The translations under genes were made by a program, and so were the position numbers. DNA of 34,665 nucleotides from a bacterium. GTDB taxonomy: Bacteria > Patescibacteriota > Minisyncoccia > Moranbacterales > UBA2206. Where the stretch lies: positions 1 to 34,665 of the forward strand of contig JAJYJP010000001.1 of assembly GCA_021789395.1 (NCBI GenBank), in the 5' to 3' direction. The notes under the pieces are model-generated. The model had not been told where the DNA came from, did no database searches, and worked only from the letters and a program-made list of their open reading frames with translations. This document shows positions 25,688 to 34,559 of the stretch, piece after piece. Positions within the stretch are counted from its first letter, which is position 1. Each line of letters opens with the position of its first letter.

Positions 25688-26848
25688 TTATCTTAGAACT
25701 TTAAAAAACGTCCTGGCCGTCTTTTCCCAATCGAAATTTTTGGCTTGTTCCAAACCTTTCGCAGACATTTTTTCTTTCAATTCGCGGTTGATTAAAATTT
25801 CTTTCATCGCTTGATAAATTTCTCCCGGCTTGTCCGGATCGATCAGAACGCCTGAATTTCCAACCATCTCGGGAAGCGAGGAATTATTGGAAACGATCAC
25901 CGGTACGCCACAACGCATCGCTTCCAGCGGCGGAAAGCCAAACCCCTCAAAAAAAGACGGGTAAACGAAAAGCGAGGCTAGGTTGAAAACATACTCTTTG
26001 TCTTCATCCGCAATGAAACTCGCCGCCATGATCTTGTCTTTGTGGACGCTCTTTTCAATTTCCATGAATATTTTTTCCGAAAGCCAGCCTTGCGATCCGG
26101 CAATCACCAGCTTATATTTGGAAATTTCTTCAGAATCATTTTTTTCGGCAAACTTCTGGAGCTGATCGAACGCCTGAATGATGCCGATGATATTTTTTCT
26201 CGGTTCGATCGTGCCCAAATACAAAATAAACTTATATGGCAAACCGTATTTCTCTTTCGTCCTGACCAGCTTCTCATCATTGCGACTGATGACCCGGAAC
26301 TTATCCGCTACGCCGCTGTAAATGATTTGGATCTTTTCTCCCGGAATCCCGTAAAACGATTCGAGATCATTTTTAGTCGATCCGGAAACGGCGATGATCT
26401 TATCTGCCCGGCGACAAATCTTTTTAGCATTGATAAAAATATGCCAGAGCCTTCTTTTCCAAGAAAAAGTCTGCGGATAGCGCTCGAATGAAAGGTCGTG
26501 AATCGTCAGAATCAACTTTGTCTTTCGACTGACACTGCCAAAGATGATGTTGGGCATAAAAAATATGTCCACACCACCGATCATCCTGTCAATCTTGGGC
26601 CAATCCAGATACCAGAACAAAAAGTTCAAAAGCTTGTTGGGAAAATGGAATTTTTTCAAGGTGACGTTGGAATATTTTTCCAGCCAAGAAAAATCCGCGC
26701 CGGAAGAACGGAAGGAATTAAAAAAAAGAACGTACTCGTTCTTGCGGTCGATTTCAAATAATTGCTTGAGCAAATTAAGCGTGTATTCTTCTACCCCCGT
26801 CCTGCGGCCCTCCGCCAAACATCTGATGTCGATTCCGATCTTTGCCAT
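25688..26848 (-). CDS. Glycosyltransferase, GT4 family
   Basis: 386 aa. It has MAKIGIDIRCL...RTGVEEYT, TIHDLSF and EGFGFPPLEAMRCGVPVI. Confidence 0.85.
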   Translation of the reverse strand: MAKIGIDIRCLAEGRRTGVEEYTLNLLKQLFEIDRKNEYVLFFNSFRSSGADFSWLEKYSNVTLKKFHFPNKLLNFLFWYLDWPKIDRMIGGVDIFFMPNIIFGSVSRKTKLILTIHDLSFERYPQTFSWKRRLWHIFINAKKICRRADKIIAVSGSTKNDLESFYGIPGEKIQIIYSGVADKFRVISRNDEKLVRTKEKYGLPYKFILYLGTIEPRKNIIGIIQAFDQLQKFAEKNDSEEISKYKLVIAGSQGWLSEKIFMEIEKSVHKDKIMAASFIADEDKEYVFNLASLFVYPSFFEGFGFPPLEAMRCGVPVIVSNNSSLPEMVGNSGVLIDPDKPGEIYQAMKEILINRELKEKMSAKGLEQAKNFDWEKTARTFFKVLR

Positions 26849-26859
26849 AAATTTCTACG

Positions 26860-27465
26860 TTATTCCAAATAATGAATGATGAGTACCAGCCAGAACGCCA
26901 CGAACAATCCCGCCAAAAATGAAGCCGCAAAGATTATAAGCGGACCGATCCGCCATTGGACGATGACCGGATCCTGAGCGACTATTTTGAACCAACTTTC
27001 TTCGTTTTGACTTTGGTTTAACATGTCAGTATTTTTTGAAATTTCTTTGACGATCGCGTCAGAAATTTTTCTCCCTTGGCTGGCGTTCGGAGTAGAAAAT
27101 GAAATAGAAACTATCTGCGAAGAAAGTTTTTCCGCGTCAAAACTTCCAGAGAGTTGTCTCATGGAAAATTTACTCGCGTCAATTCCGGCATCCGCATAAA
27201 TATTAGCCACCGTCCGCGGATCTTTCAGCCATTCCACCACCGTGTCGGCAAATTGATCATCGGCTTGCAGACGATAATAATCATCGTACCGATAAGCATC
27301 GGTTTTCTGCTCGCCCGTCCGGGTGATATTCAATGCGAGTGAGTTATCGTAAGAGATCGGCTTGGTTGCAAAATAAACAAAAGTTCCGGCTACGATCGCC
27401 ACAACCGTGATAATCACGACTCCAATATGCTTTTTGAAAATTTTCAGGTATTCTTTCAAATCCAT
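26860..27465 (-). CDS. Short Wzz/PCP-like bitopic membrane protein
   Basis: 201 aa. It has an N-terminal TM (GVVIITVVAIVAGTFVYF), an external domain with ISFSTPNASQGRKISDAIVKEISK, and a C-terminal TM (LIIFAASFLAGLFVAFWLVLII). Confidence 0.55.
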   Translation of the reverse strand: MDLKEYLKIFKKHIGVVIITVVAIVAGTFVYFATKPISYDNSLALNITRTGEQKTDAYRYDDYYRLQADDQFADTVVEWLKDPRTVANIYADAGIDASKFSMRQLSGSFDAEKLSSQIVSISFSTPNASQGRKISDAIVKEISKNTDMLNQSQNEESWFKIVAQDPVIVQWRIGPLIIFAASFLAGLFVAFWLVLIIHYLE

Positions 27466-27469
27466 AAAA

Positions 27470-28609
27470 TTAATTTTTAATTTCTGATTTCGAAATCAGA
27501 ATTTGAGATTTTGAGATTGCGAATTCCTGAAAGGAATTCGTGACATATTCCTTTATTTTAGCTTTGAAAATCTCTTTGTCAAATTTTTTCACTCGCTCCC
27601 GGATGTAAGCCGGATCAAATCGCAACTCGTTGAATTTCTCGACTGCTTCAACGATATCCTGATAATTTTGCCGATCAAAAAATATTCCCATCCGTCCTTC
27701 TTCCATGTGCTCCGGAATATCTCCGCCGCGGAAAGCGATGAGCGGCCGCCCGGAGGCCATCGCTTCGATCGCCACAATGCCAAAATCTTCCTCTTGCGGA
27801 AAAACAAACGCCCGACACTCGGCATAATAGTGCGCTAATTCTTCATCTGGCACACGGCCCAGAAATTCAATATTGGGTCCGGCCATTTTTTTAAGTCTTT
27901 TCATCTCCGGACCGCGTCCGATAATTTTCAGTTTCAACCCCAATTCATTGAATGCTTGAATCGCAATATCCACCCGCTTGTAAGCCAAGAGCCGGCCGAC
28001 AATCAAAAAATAATCCTTTGGCTTTTCGGCTATGTAAAATTTATCGATGTTGACGGGCGGATGGATGACAAGACTGCCCTTTTTATAATATTTTTTAATC
28101 CTTTTTGCGACAAAATTGGAATTGGCAATGAGGCAATCAATTCTTTCCGCACTCACCCGGTCCCAAACCCGGATGTAATTCATCGCGAGCGGAATAGTTT
28201 TTTTAATTAAACTGGGAAAACTGAAATCATGCGTATATTTCTGACAATCGTCCCAAGCGTAACGCATCGGAGTGTGCATGTAACAAACATGCAAGGTCTC
28301 CGGTCCGGTAATGACACCCTTGGCATAGCTGGAAGAATCTGAGAGGACGATGTCGTAATCGGAAAAATCAAACTGCTCAATACCCATCGGCATGAGCTGG
28401 GGAAAAAGCCGGTGATAATTTTTAGCAAATGGAATTTTTTGGATAAAAGAAGTTTTTATCTTCTTGTCTTCGAAAACTCCGTGCATCAATTTTTTATTAT
28501 AAACCAGAGTGTAAATCGGAGCATCGGGAAAAAGCTCCGTAAAACATTCCAGAACCCTTTCCGCTCCCCCGTTTTGAACCAAGTAATCGTGAACCAGCGC
28601 GATCCGCAT
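27470..28609 (-). CDS. Glycosyltransferase, GT4 family
   Basis: 379 aa. It has MRIALVHDYLVQNGGAERV, and EDFGIVAIEAMASGRPLIA in the C-terminal half. Confidence 0.85.
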   Translation of the reverse strand: MRIALVHDYLVQNGGAERVLECFTELFPDAPIYTLVYNKKLMHGVFEDKKIKTSFIQKIPFAKNYHRLFPQLMPMGIEQFDFSDYDIVLSDSSSYAKGVITGPETLHVCYMHTPMRYAWDDCQKYTHDFSFPSLIKKTIPLAMNYIRVWDRVSAERIDCLIANSNFVAKRIKKYYKKGSLVIHPPVNIDKFYIAEKPKDYFLIVGRLLAYKRVDIAIQAFNELGLKLKIIGRGPEMKRLKKMAGPNIEFLGRVPDEELAHYYAECRAFVFPQEEDFGIVAIEAMASGRPLIAFRGGDIPEHMEEGRMGIFFDRQNYQDIVEAVEKFNELRFDPAYIRERVKKFDKEIFKAKIKEYVTNSFQEFAISKSQILISKSEIKN

Positions 28610-28674
28610 TTTGTTTCAGTTTATTTTTTTATTTCTTCTTTATTTTACCTTTTTTGCCGGTCTTTTACAAACAA

Positions 28675-28706
28675 CAAACAAAAAGAGGAGTCCCGCAGGA
28701 CTCCCC
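28675..28706 (-). terminator. Intrinsic terminator after the priming transferase gene
   Basis: The minus strand reads GGGGAGTCC-TGCG-GGACTCCTC (9 bp including one G-U) followed by TTTTTGTTTG. It lies 17 nt after the stop at 28723. Confidence 0.75.
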
Positions 28707-28722
28707 GATTTTTACTACAAAC

Positions 28723-30138
28723 CTATAGGTTGTTTCTTTTTCGAAACACCACCCCGACCGTTTTCAAACAGATATGGATATCCATCCAGAGCGACCAGTT
28801 CTCGATGTAATAGAGATCCAGCTTATATTCGTCTTCGAAATCCAGATCTGACCGGCCGGAAACTTGCGCCATTCCTGTCACTCCCGGCTTGATCGTCAGG
28901 AGCCGCCGATGGTAATCCATATATTTTTCCACTTCCCGTTTCTGGTGCGGCCGTGGACCAACCAGACTCATCGATCCGAAAAGCACATTAAAGAATTGCG
29001 GCAGCTCATCGATTGAATATTTTTCAATAAAGTTTCCGACGCGCGTCTTGCGCGGATCATTCTTGATTTTATAAAGCGGCCCGCGGCGGACGCTTTGCTT
29101 CTCTATGAGCTCTTTTTCAAATTGAAGCGCTTCTTCCAGTTTGGGATTTTCTTTCGTAACGCAATATTTCCATTTCATATAACGAAACTTATAGACAAAA
29201 AATTTCTTTCCGTCATTGCCAACCCTTTCATTTTTATAAATGATCGGGCCCTCGCTCTCAATCCAAATCGCCAGTGCCGTTATCAACATTATCGGGGAGG
29301 TAATGACGATAGCAACAAAAGAAACGATGACATCGAAAACCCGCTTTAAGATTTTTCCCCAGCCGTCCAGGGGCGTGTGTTTAACTTCGATCAAAGGTTC
29401 GCCATTCAAAACCCCGACTTCATATTGAGAAGTCTGCAACGTGGTCGGAATATATTTATAATTGATACCGTTGATCGCGCAGTAATCTATGAGCTTCTCT
29501 TGTTCATCATCCGTCACAGACGGTTCGCATAAGATAATCTCATCAATACCCTTTTCCTGCTCTATGCCCTTAACCACTTTCAAATGGGCCGTTTCGATCT
29601 GATCGACGACCCGGTAACCCATGTTTTTATTCCGCTTGATCAGTCTCGAGATTGAATCGATTTTCCCGTTGTTTCCTATCAGCAAAACTCGATGGACACC
29701 AATTCCTCGGTAACGCAACAGCCATTTCTGCATCAGCTGTAAAACATAGCGGGCAATGACAACGTAGACAACCGCCAAACCCCAGGCGCTTAAAATGATA
29801 AAACGCGAAGAAAACCATTCGCGCTGTAAAAAGATGGCAACGATTATAATGACCAGCCCGATCGAAGTCGCATTGAATACCCGGAAAGTTTCTTTCCAAA
29901 ACTTTCTGGTAACCCGAATATCGTAAAGTCCTTCAAGGGCGTAAATGATTATGAAAAGCGGAACGACCGCCAGAACGACTTGGATATAAGCATGGAAAGG
30001 AAATTTGTACAAGATCGGCTTCAAAGCGATAATTTCCGGAACATTCCTGATTGAAAAAGCGGTGATCGCCGCCAGAACTATCATTACAAAATCAACGGGA
30101 ACTTGCAGCGCGCTAAAAAATAATTCGGATCTTTTCAT
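28723..30138 (-). CDS. Polyprenyl-phosphate sugar phosphotransferase (WbaP/EpsL-type priming glycosyltransferase)
   Basis: 471 aa. It has an N-terminal multi-TM block, a central Rossmann-like linker, and the C-terminal bacterial sugar transferase domain (KRVFDV...[22 protein letters not shown]...GMAQVSGR). Confidence 0.9.
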   Translation of the reverse strand: MKRSELFFSALQVPVDFVMIVLAAITAFSIRNVPEIIALKPILYKFPFHAYIQVVLAVVPLFIIIYALEGLYDIRVTRKFWKETFRVFNATSIGLVIIIVAIFLQREWFSSRFIILSAWGLAVVYVVIARYVLQLMQKWLLRYRGIGVHRVLLIGNNGKIDSISRLIKRNKNMGYRVVDQIETAHLKVVKGIEQEKGIDEIILCEPSVTDDEQEKLIDYCAINGINYKYIPTTLQTSQYEVGVLNGEPLIEVKHTPLDGWGKILKRVFDVIVSFVAIVITSPIMLITALAIWIESEGPIIYKNERVGNDGKKFFVYKFRYMKWKYCVTKENPKLEEALQFEKELIEKQSVRRGPLYKIKNDPRKTRVGNFIEKYSIDELPQFFNVLFGSMSLVGPRPHQKREVEKYMDYHRRLLTIKPGVTGMAQVSGRSDLDFEDEYKLDLYYIENWSLWMDIHICLKTVGVVFRKRNNL

Positions 30139-30144
30139 AAAATA

Positions 30145-30174
30145 ATTCTAGCATTAACCGAACAAAACGGGCAA
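30145..30174 (-). promoter_or_regulatory. Candidate promoter of the priming transferase gene, placed so that the mRNA would be leaderless or nearly so
   Basis: The minus strand reads TTGCCC-18 nt-TGC-TAGAAT, an extended -10. Only 6 nt (TATTTT) separate the hexamer from the ATG, and there is no SD. Confidence 0.3.
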
Positions 30175-30198
30175 CTGGATAAAATTTCTTTTCTAACA

Positions 30199-30570
30199 GC
30201 ATTGAATTTAAAATTTATCAAAGCAAATCTGTAAGCCGGATTTTGTCGAGGACAATCATTTATCTGGTCCTGTCATTACTGACAGGATCAAGCGGCACTT
30301 CTAGTGCTTCCTAGGGGAGAACTAGACACGACCTTGCATTCAGGTAAGGATTTAGCCGTTTCACTCCCGGCGTTTCCGTCGGGACTATCCCCGAAGGGAT
30401 CCGCAAGCCTTTCAACCCGCGGCGTCTCTGCTCGCACCTCTCGAGTTTCCTCGGACGGGCGTTACCCGCTACCTTTCCCCGCCTAACGGGGCGAATGTCC
30501 GGACTTTCCTCAATCCCGCAAGCGGAATTGTAATTGTCTAATTTGCTTTGACAAAGCCTAAATTCAATGC
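30199..30570 (-). ncRNA. rnpB: RNase P RNA (bacterial type A-like), including an extended closing helix
   Basis: The minus strand contains GAGGAAAGTCCGGAC (5' P4 strand) and ACAAAATCCGGCTTA (3' P4 strand), GGGTAACGCC, and a P2-like pairing GACAAT/ATTGTC. The core P1 pairs 30541-30551 with 30218-30228, and the helix extends to 30559-30570 with 30199-30210. The plus-strand ORF 30304-30486 lies inside it and is spurious. Confidence 0.88.
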
Positions 30571-30584
30571 GAAATAACTATTTT

Positions 30585-30613
30585 ATAATAGGTTATTTTG
30601 CAAGTTTTGTCAA
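30585..30613 (-). promoter_or_regulatory. Sigma-70-type promoter for rnpB
   Basis: The minus strand reads TTGACA (30613-30608), a 17-nt spacer, then TATTAT (30590-30585). This lies about 15 nt upstream of the start of the extended helix. Confidence 0.6.
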
Positions 30614-30691
30614 TCTGTTTTTGCGTTAAAAAATCGCGCCTAAATATGTCCGATTTTTAATTTTAGAGACTTGATGACCTAAATTCAACAT

Positions 30692-31792
30692 TTACTCGGC
30701 CTCCATCCGCTTCAACATATTCGCCAACCGTGATTCAGATAAGCATTGCGCTCCGGGCGGATCGGCTATTTTTTGCAAAATCATTTTTTTCTCACCATTG
30801 CTTTTGAAAAGTCCGAAATCATATTCCGGCGAAAAGGTCTTACCGATGATTTTTCCGAACCAATCTTCCGGCTCTTCGTCGGTCAGCTCGAAGAAACACA
30901 CTTCCGCCGGCAAGCGATCGCCTCTTTTTTTCAATTCTTCCAATATTTTGCGCAATGCCTTAAAAAAAGACTCGAAGAACTCCACTTGCTTTTTTTCATT
31001 CCCCCAAAATCCATTAGTCGGAAAGCCCACCTCGCCTATCTCGTATTCAACCTCCCAATTAGAGATCGTCTCAAAAACTTCCTGAAGTTTATCTAATTGC
31101 CCGAACCAGTTACTGCGTTGCCATCCTGCCTCCCGGATCGGCCAATGCCAAAGACCGGGAAAATAATTAAGACTCACGACATCGAAATTATCTCTGATTT
31201 TTTCAAATTCTTTGAGATAGTCGTCGATCCAGACGCCCAAACGGAAAATCGATGTCAAATTTCCCACCAGCAAAGATGCAACGATTTTAATATCAGGATT
31301 ATAGTCAAAAAAAATTTTCCGCGTAATCCGGCAGAGTCTGGGCAAATCTTCCGCATTGATCGGATTATAAACAAAATTGTTCAGTTCATTTAAGATTTGA
31401 ATTTTGCCAATTTTGTACCCAGGATCCGCTTCCAGATATTTTTTAACTTCTTCAATGTATCGCTCATAAGCCTCGAAAAATTTTATCCTATCTTTTTTGT
31501 AAAATTCGATTGCCCAACGGGGCGGATTGGAAAATATGATGGTTGGCGGGTTTAGCCCGCTTTTTTCCATTACGCCTTTGGCTGCCGCATAGCGATTGAG
31601 TTGATCATGGTCAAACTCCCCCGGTTCAGGTTCGATCTTTTTCCAATGCCAGTCATAATGTATCGCTTCAATCCCTTCTTTCGGAAGACTCGAGTAAATT
31701 TTCCGCAACCTTTCCGAATTCGCCAGAGTTACGTAATCCACGCTGTGATCAATAGCGGAAAATCTCAGGTTGAACTGCGGATCTTTGGCCAT
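30692..31792 (-). CDS. Putative TIM-barrel glycoside hydrolase (clan GH-A-like), no signal peptide
   Basis: 366 aa. WHWKKIEPEPGEFDHDQL resembles the W..iEP..G.y.. block of clan GH-A enzymes. IQILNELN is a candidate acid/base NE motif and YEIGEVGF a candidate nucleophile Glu. I cannot assign a family by eye. Confidence 0.5.
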   Translation of the reverse strand: MAKDPQFNLRFSAIDHSVDYVTLANSERLRKIYSSLPKEGIEAIHYDWHWKKIEPEPGEFDHDQLNRYAAAKGVMEKSGLNPPTIIFSNPPRWAIEFYKKDRIKFFEAYERYIEEVKKYLEADPGYKIGKIQILNELNNFVYNPINAEDLPRLCRITRKIFFDYNPDIKIVASLLVGNLTSIFRLGVWIDDYLKEFEKIRDNFDVVSLNYFPGLWHWPIREAGWQRSNWFGQLDKLQEVFETISNWEVEYEIGEVGFPTNGFWGNEKKQVEFFESFFKALRKILEELKKRGDRLPAEVCFFELTDEEPEDWFGKIIGKTFSPEYDFGLFKSNGEKKMILQKIADPPGAQCLSESRLANMLKRMEAE

Positions 31793-31924
31793 ACTTTTGA
31801 ATTATTGACTTTATCCATTTACTACAAAAAATCCGCCCGAATATTAAAATCGGATGTTTCAGGGTTTCTGCAGTTAAATGTCCGCTTGTTTGTATTAGGT
31901 TATACAAAAATAATAAGCGCCTCC

Positions 31925-32476
31925 ATGCTTCACAAACCAGACCTGAAAGAAAATTTATTTTTCCTGTTTTCCGGAATGGTCATCAGCGTTCCATTTCCCT
32001 TTCTCGTGGAAAATGTAACGGCCTATTTTTTTAGCACAAGACTGCCACCCACCATAGCGGACATTATTTTGGTCGCATTGATCGCGCCGGTCTTTGAAGA
32101 ATTTGCCAAGGCTTATCCGCTTTTTTACCGCCATAGCGAAACGGAAAGGAGCCTTTTTAAGATGGGACTCCTGACCGGACTGGGTTTTGGCATTGCCGAG
32201 ATGCTTTTTTATGTCATCGGCGCCGGCGTTCCGATCCTCGCCCGCTTGCCGGCCCTTATCTTTCACGCCACGAATACCTCGATCGTCGGTTACGGCGTCG
32301 CCAAGAAAAAAGATTTTGCTTTTTATTCGATCGCGGTCGGTCTCCATTTCCTGAACAATATCTCGGCAATGTTCGGAATGGCCTGGGTTTTTATCGGCAT
32401 TCCAGCCACTTTGGCCTCTTACTTTTTATCGATCTATCTTTACAATAAAACGACTGAACGAGTTAAAAGTTTTTAG
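31925..32476 (+). CDS. PrsW/CPBP-like intramembrane metalloprotease
   Basis: 183 aa counted from ATG 31925. The track's upstream extension (31601-31924) overlaps the convergent-looking GH gene and is not hydrophobic-coherent. Motifs are APVFEEFAKAYPL (EExxK), GFGIAEM and HFLNN, on a 5-6 TM scaffold. Confidence 0.6.
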   Translation: MLHKPDLKENLFFLFSGMVISVPFPFLVENVTAYFFSTRLPPTIADIILVALIAPVFEEFAKAYPLFYRHSETERSLFKMGLLTGLGFGIAEMLFYVIGAGVPILARLPALIFHATNTSIVGYGVAKKKDFAFYSIAVGLHFLNNISAMFGMAWVFIGIPATLASYFLSIYLYNKTTERVKSF

Positions 32477-32479
32477 GAA

Positions 32480-33661
32480 TTATTTTAAAGTTTTGTTTAA
32501 CATCGGAAAAAGTTGCGGATCAGAAGAACCGTCGATCTTGAACAGACTTATGCCCTCGATATGCAAAGTTTGCGCTATGGAAATTTTCTGTCGAATAGAT
32601 GCGGCGTCTTCAAAAGTCACCAGATGCTCGCCGTCAGACGCCAGATAAGTAAAGGAGAGTTCTCCGCCCGACGTTCTTTGCGGAACAACGTTGTGCGCCT
32701 TAGCTTCGGCTATCGCCGCCGGATAACTGATGCTGCCAATGTCAGTGTATTCGTAAGTGTTTGCGGTTTTTGTAACGTGAAATTCCCATCCGTATGTTGG
32801 AATCCCCAGAATTAATTTCTGCGGAGAAATATAACGCAGTGCATATTCCAGCACTTGCTTTACCCATTGATTATCGGCGTTGGGCGCGTACGGGCTGGAT
32901 GCCGTGTTTTCAAAACTCTGCGCCCGATAAACCTGAAAGACTTCGTCATAGGCCATCACCCGAACACTATCGCAATATTGGTCCAAGGCGGAAAAATCAT
33001 TGGCATAACTCATCGCCCGCGTACCGGTCCACCCGGTCGGCGGCAAATCTTGCGTGCGCGCTTCGACCGTACAATCCAGAGTTTTGCCCAAGGGCTGTAA
33101 TTTCTGATGGAGATCCTCGAGGAACGAGGAAAAATTATTCCGATCGGCAACATCCTTTCCTTCGTAATCAATATCGACGCCGGGAAAATTATTTTTCTTA
33201 AGCATGCTGACAATCGCATCGATATGATTATCCAAAAGCGTCGGATCAGTAAACACTTTGTGCATCGCCAGAGCGTCGGTCCACAGGATCGTCGGCACGA
33301 CTTGGACATTCGCAGCTTTAGCTTCTTGGAACAGCTGCGACCACGGCGCAGAATTTATTTGTGCCGTATCGATCAAACTGCCGTCCGGAGCAACGCTAAA
33401 AGCGAACGGATTGATTTCGCTGAAGAGATTTAAATTTCCCTGCAAAGAAGCCACACCTTCGGTTTTCCGCCAATACGGAATCCAGCCAGAAACAAAAAAC
33501 GAATTATCGCCAGGAGAAACTGCGGCTATTTTTTTCGCGTCGGATACTGCAGTTTTTTTCTGGTCAGGACTTTTTTTATTCGTGGAATAAAAAATTAGAC
33601 TTGTCGCCAAAAGCGCCAAAACAAAAGCAATTAGAACAACAAAATTAATTTTTCTTAACAT
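32480..33661 (-). CDS. Membrane-anchored glycoside hydrolase family 18 (chitinase/peptidoglycan-hydrolase-like)
   Basis: 393 aa with an N-terminal signal anchor. It has the catalytic motif FPGVDIDYEG (DxxDxDxE) and SGWIPYW at the start of the barrel. The overall layout resembles YdhD/YaaH-type GH18 proteins. Confidence 0.8.
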   Translation of the reverse strand: MLRKINFVVLIAFVLALLATSLIFYSTNKKSPDQKKTAVSDAKKIAAVSPGDNSFFVSGWIPYWRKTEGVASLQGNLNLFSEINPFAFSVAPDGSLIDTAQINSAPWSQLFQEAKAANVQVVPTILWTDALAMHKVFTDPTLLDNHIDAIVSMLKKNNFPGVDIDYEGKDVADRNNFSSFLEDLHQKLQPLGKTLDCTVEARTQDLPPTGWTGTRAMSYANDFSALDQYCDSVRVMAYDEVFQVYRAQSFENTASSPYAPNADNQWVKQVLEYALRYISPQKLILGIPTYGWEFHVTKTANTYEYTDIGSISYPAAIAEAKAHNVVPQRTSGGELSFTYLASDGEHLVTFEDAASIRQKISIAQTLHIEGISLFKIDGSSDPQLFPMLNKTLK

Positions 33662-33700
33662 GATTGCTTATTTTCCCATATCTCCCGATAAAAATCAATA

Positions 33701-34102
33701 CTACTTTTCAGTCGTTTTTCCGCCGAATTCATCTGTCATATCGGCCATGGCATCATTCTTTGTTTTGTGCACCACGCCGTCTCGATGTTCCGGTGGAGAG
33801 TAAATTGTGTAGATCTTCATCGGTTCTGCAGTTGAAGTGTTGATGATATTGTGTCTGGTTCCGGCCGGAATCACGATCGCATAACCGTCTGCAATAGCGT
33901 GCTCCGCGCCATCCAGAGCTGCTTTGCCCGCACCTTTTTCGATCCGGATAAATTGGTCAAGTGCGTGCACCTCCTCTCCAATCTCTTCGTTGGGTAAAAG
34001 GCTCATCACCACCAATTGGCTATGTTTGGCCGTATAGAGAACTTTGCGAAAATTGTCATTTTCTTCCGTCACTTTTTCTATATTTGCAATATATCCTTTC
34101 AT
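33701..34102 (-). CDS. Cupin domain protein
   Basis: 133 aa. GEEVHALDQFIRIEKG...YAIVIPAGTRHNIIN fits the two cupin motifs. Confidence 0.75.
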   Translation of the reverse strand: MKGYIANIEKVTEENDNFRKVLYTAKHSQLVVMSLLPNEEIGEEVHALDQFIRIEKGAGKAALDGAEHAIADGYAIVIPAGTRHNIINTSTAEPMKIYTIYSPPEHRDGVVHKTKNDAMADMTDEFGGKTTEK

Positions 34103-34130
34103 ATTTTTAATAATTTAGTTTATTTTATTC

Positions 34131-34161
34131 CGACAAAAGACCGGATCCTCCTTGTCCGGCC
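34131..34161 (-). terminator. Probable intrinsic terminator after the SPW-repeat gene
   Basis: The minus strand reads GGCCGGA-CAAGGAGGA-TCCGGTC (7 bp including one G-U) followed by TTTTGTCGG. Confidence 0.55.
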
Positions 34162-34181
34162 TTTTGCTTTTCAAAATTTCA

Positions 34182-34559
34182 TTATCTTCTTTCGTCTTTG
34201 TCCTTATCCTTATCATGACCAGCGTGAACCATTGCGGCAGAACCGCTCCAACCGCTAAAAACTATCACGAGAACACCGGTTATGATATCGCTCCACAATA
34301 GACCCGCGTTACTTCCGAACAAAAAAGGAGAAATTACAAGCCAGACACCCAAAATAATGTTGATCCAGGTGATCCCCCCTGTCGTTTCCGGCGTAAACGC
34401 CCGGATCAACGATACGATTGCGACAATGATACCGACAATCACAGCGTTAGTAGCCTGCCCTGCATTGGGAAAAATTATCACCAACGGCGAAATGATCAAC
34501 CATATTCCCAATATGATATTTATGATGCTCGCGGTTGTAGATTGAGTTCTATCAGCCAT
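34182..34559 (-). CDS. SPW-repeat-like small membrane protein
   Basis: 125 aa with four TM segments. Two copies of NIILG(I/V)WL(I/V)ISP(L/F) resemble the SPW repeat, with W replaced by L/F. A strong SD (GAAGGAGGTG) lies 5 nt before the ATG. The C-terminus is HAGHDKDKDKDERR. Confidence 0.6.
   Translation of the reverse strand: MADRTQSTTASIINIILGIWLIISPLVIIFPNAGQATNAVIVGIIVAIVSLIRAFTPETTGGITWINIILGVWLVISPFLFGSNAGLLWSDIITGVLVIVFSGWSGSAAMVHAGHDKDKDKDERR

Noticed and set aside
30304-30486. A 60-aa plus-strand ORF in the GC-rich segment.
   Set aside because: The segment is the reverse complement of RNase P RNA (P4 strands and other conserved blocks are present). The high GC content and the open frame are by-products of RNA structure.
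31601-31924. A 108-codon N-terminal extension of the PrsW-like ORF, as listed in the ORF track.
   Set aside because: It overlaps the 5' end of the minus-strand GH gene by ~190 nt. It has R/F-rich non-membrane composition. The hydrophobic PrsW-like body begins right after the internal ATG at 31925.
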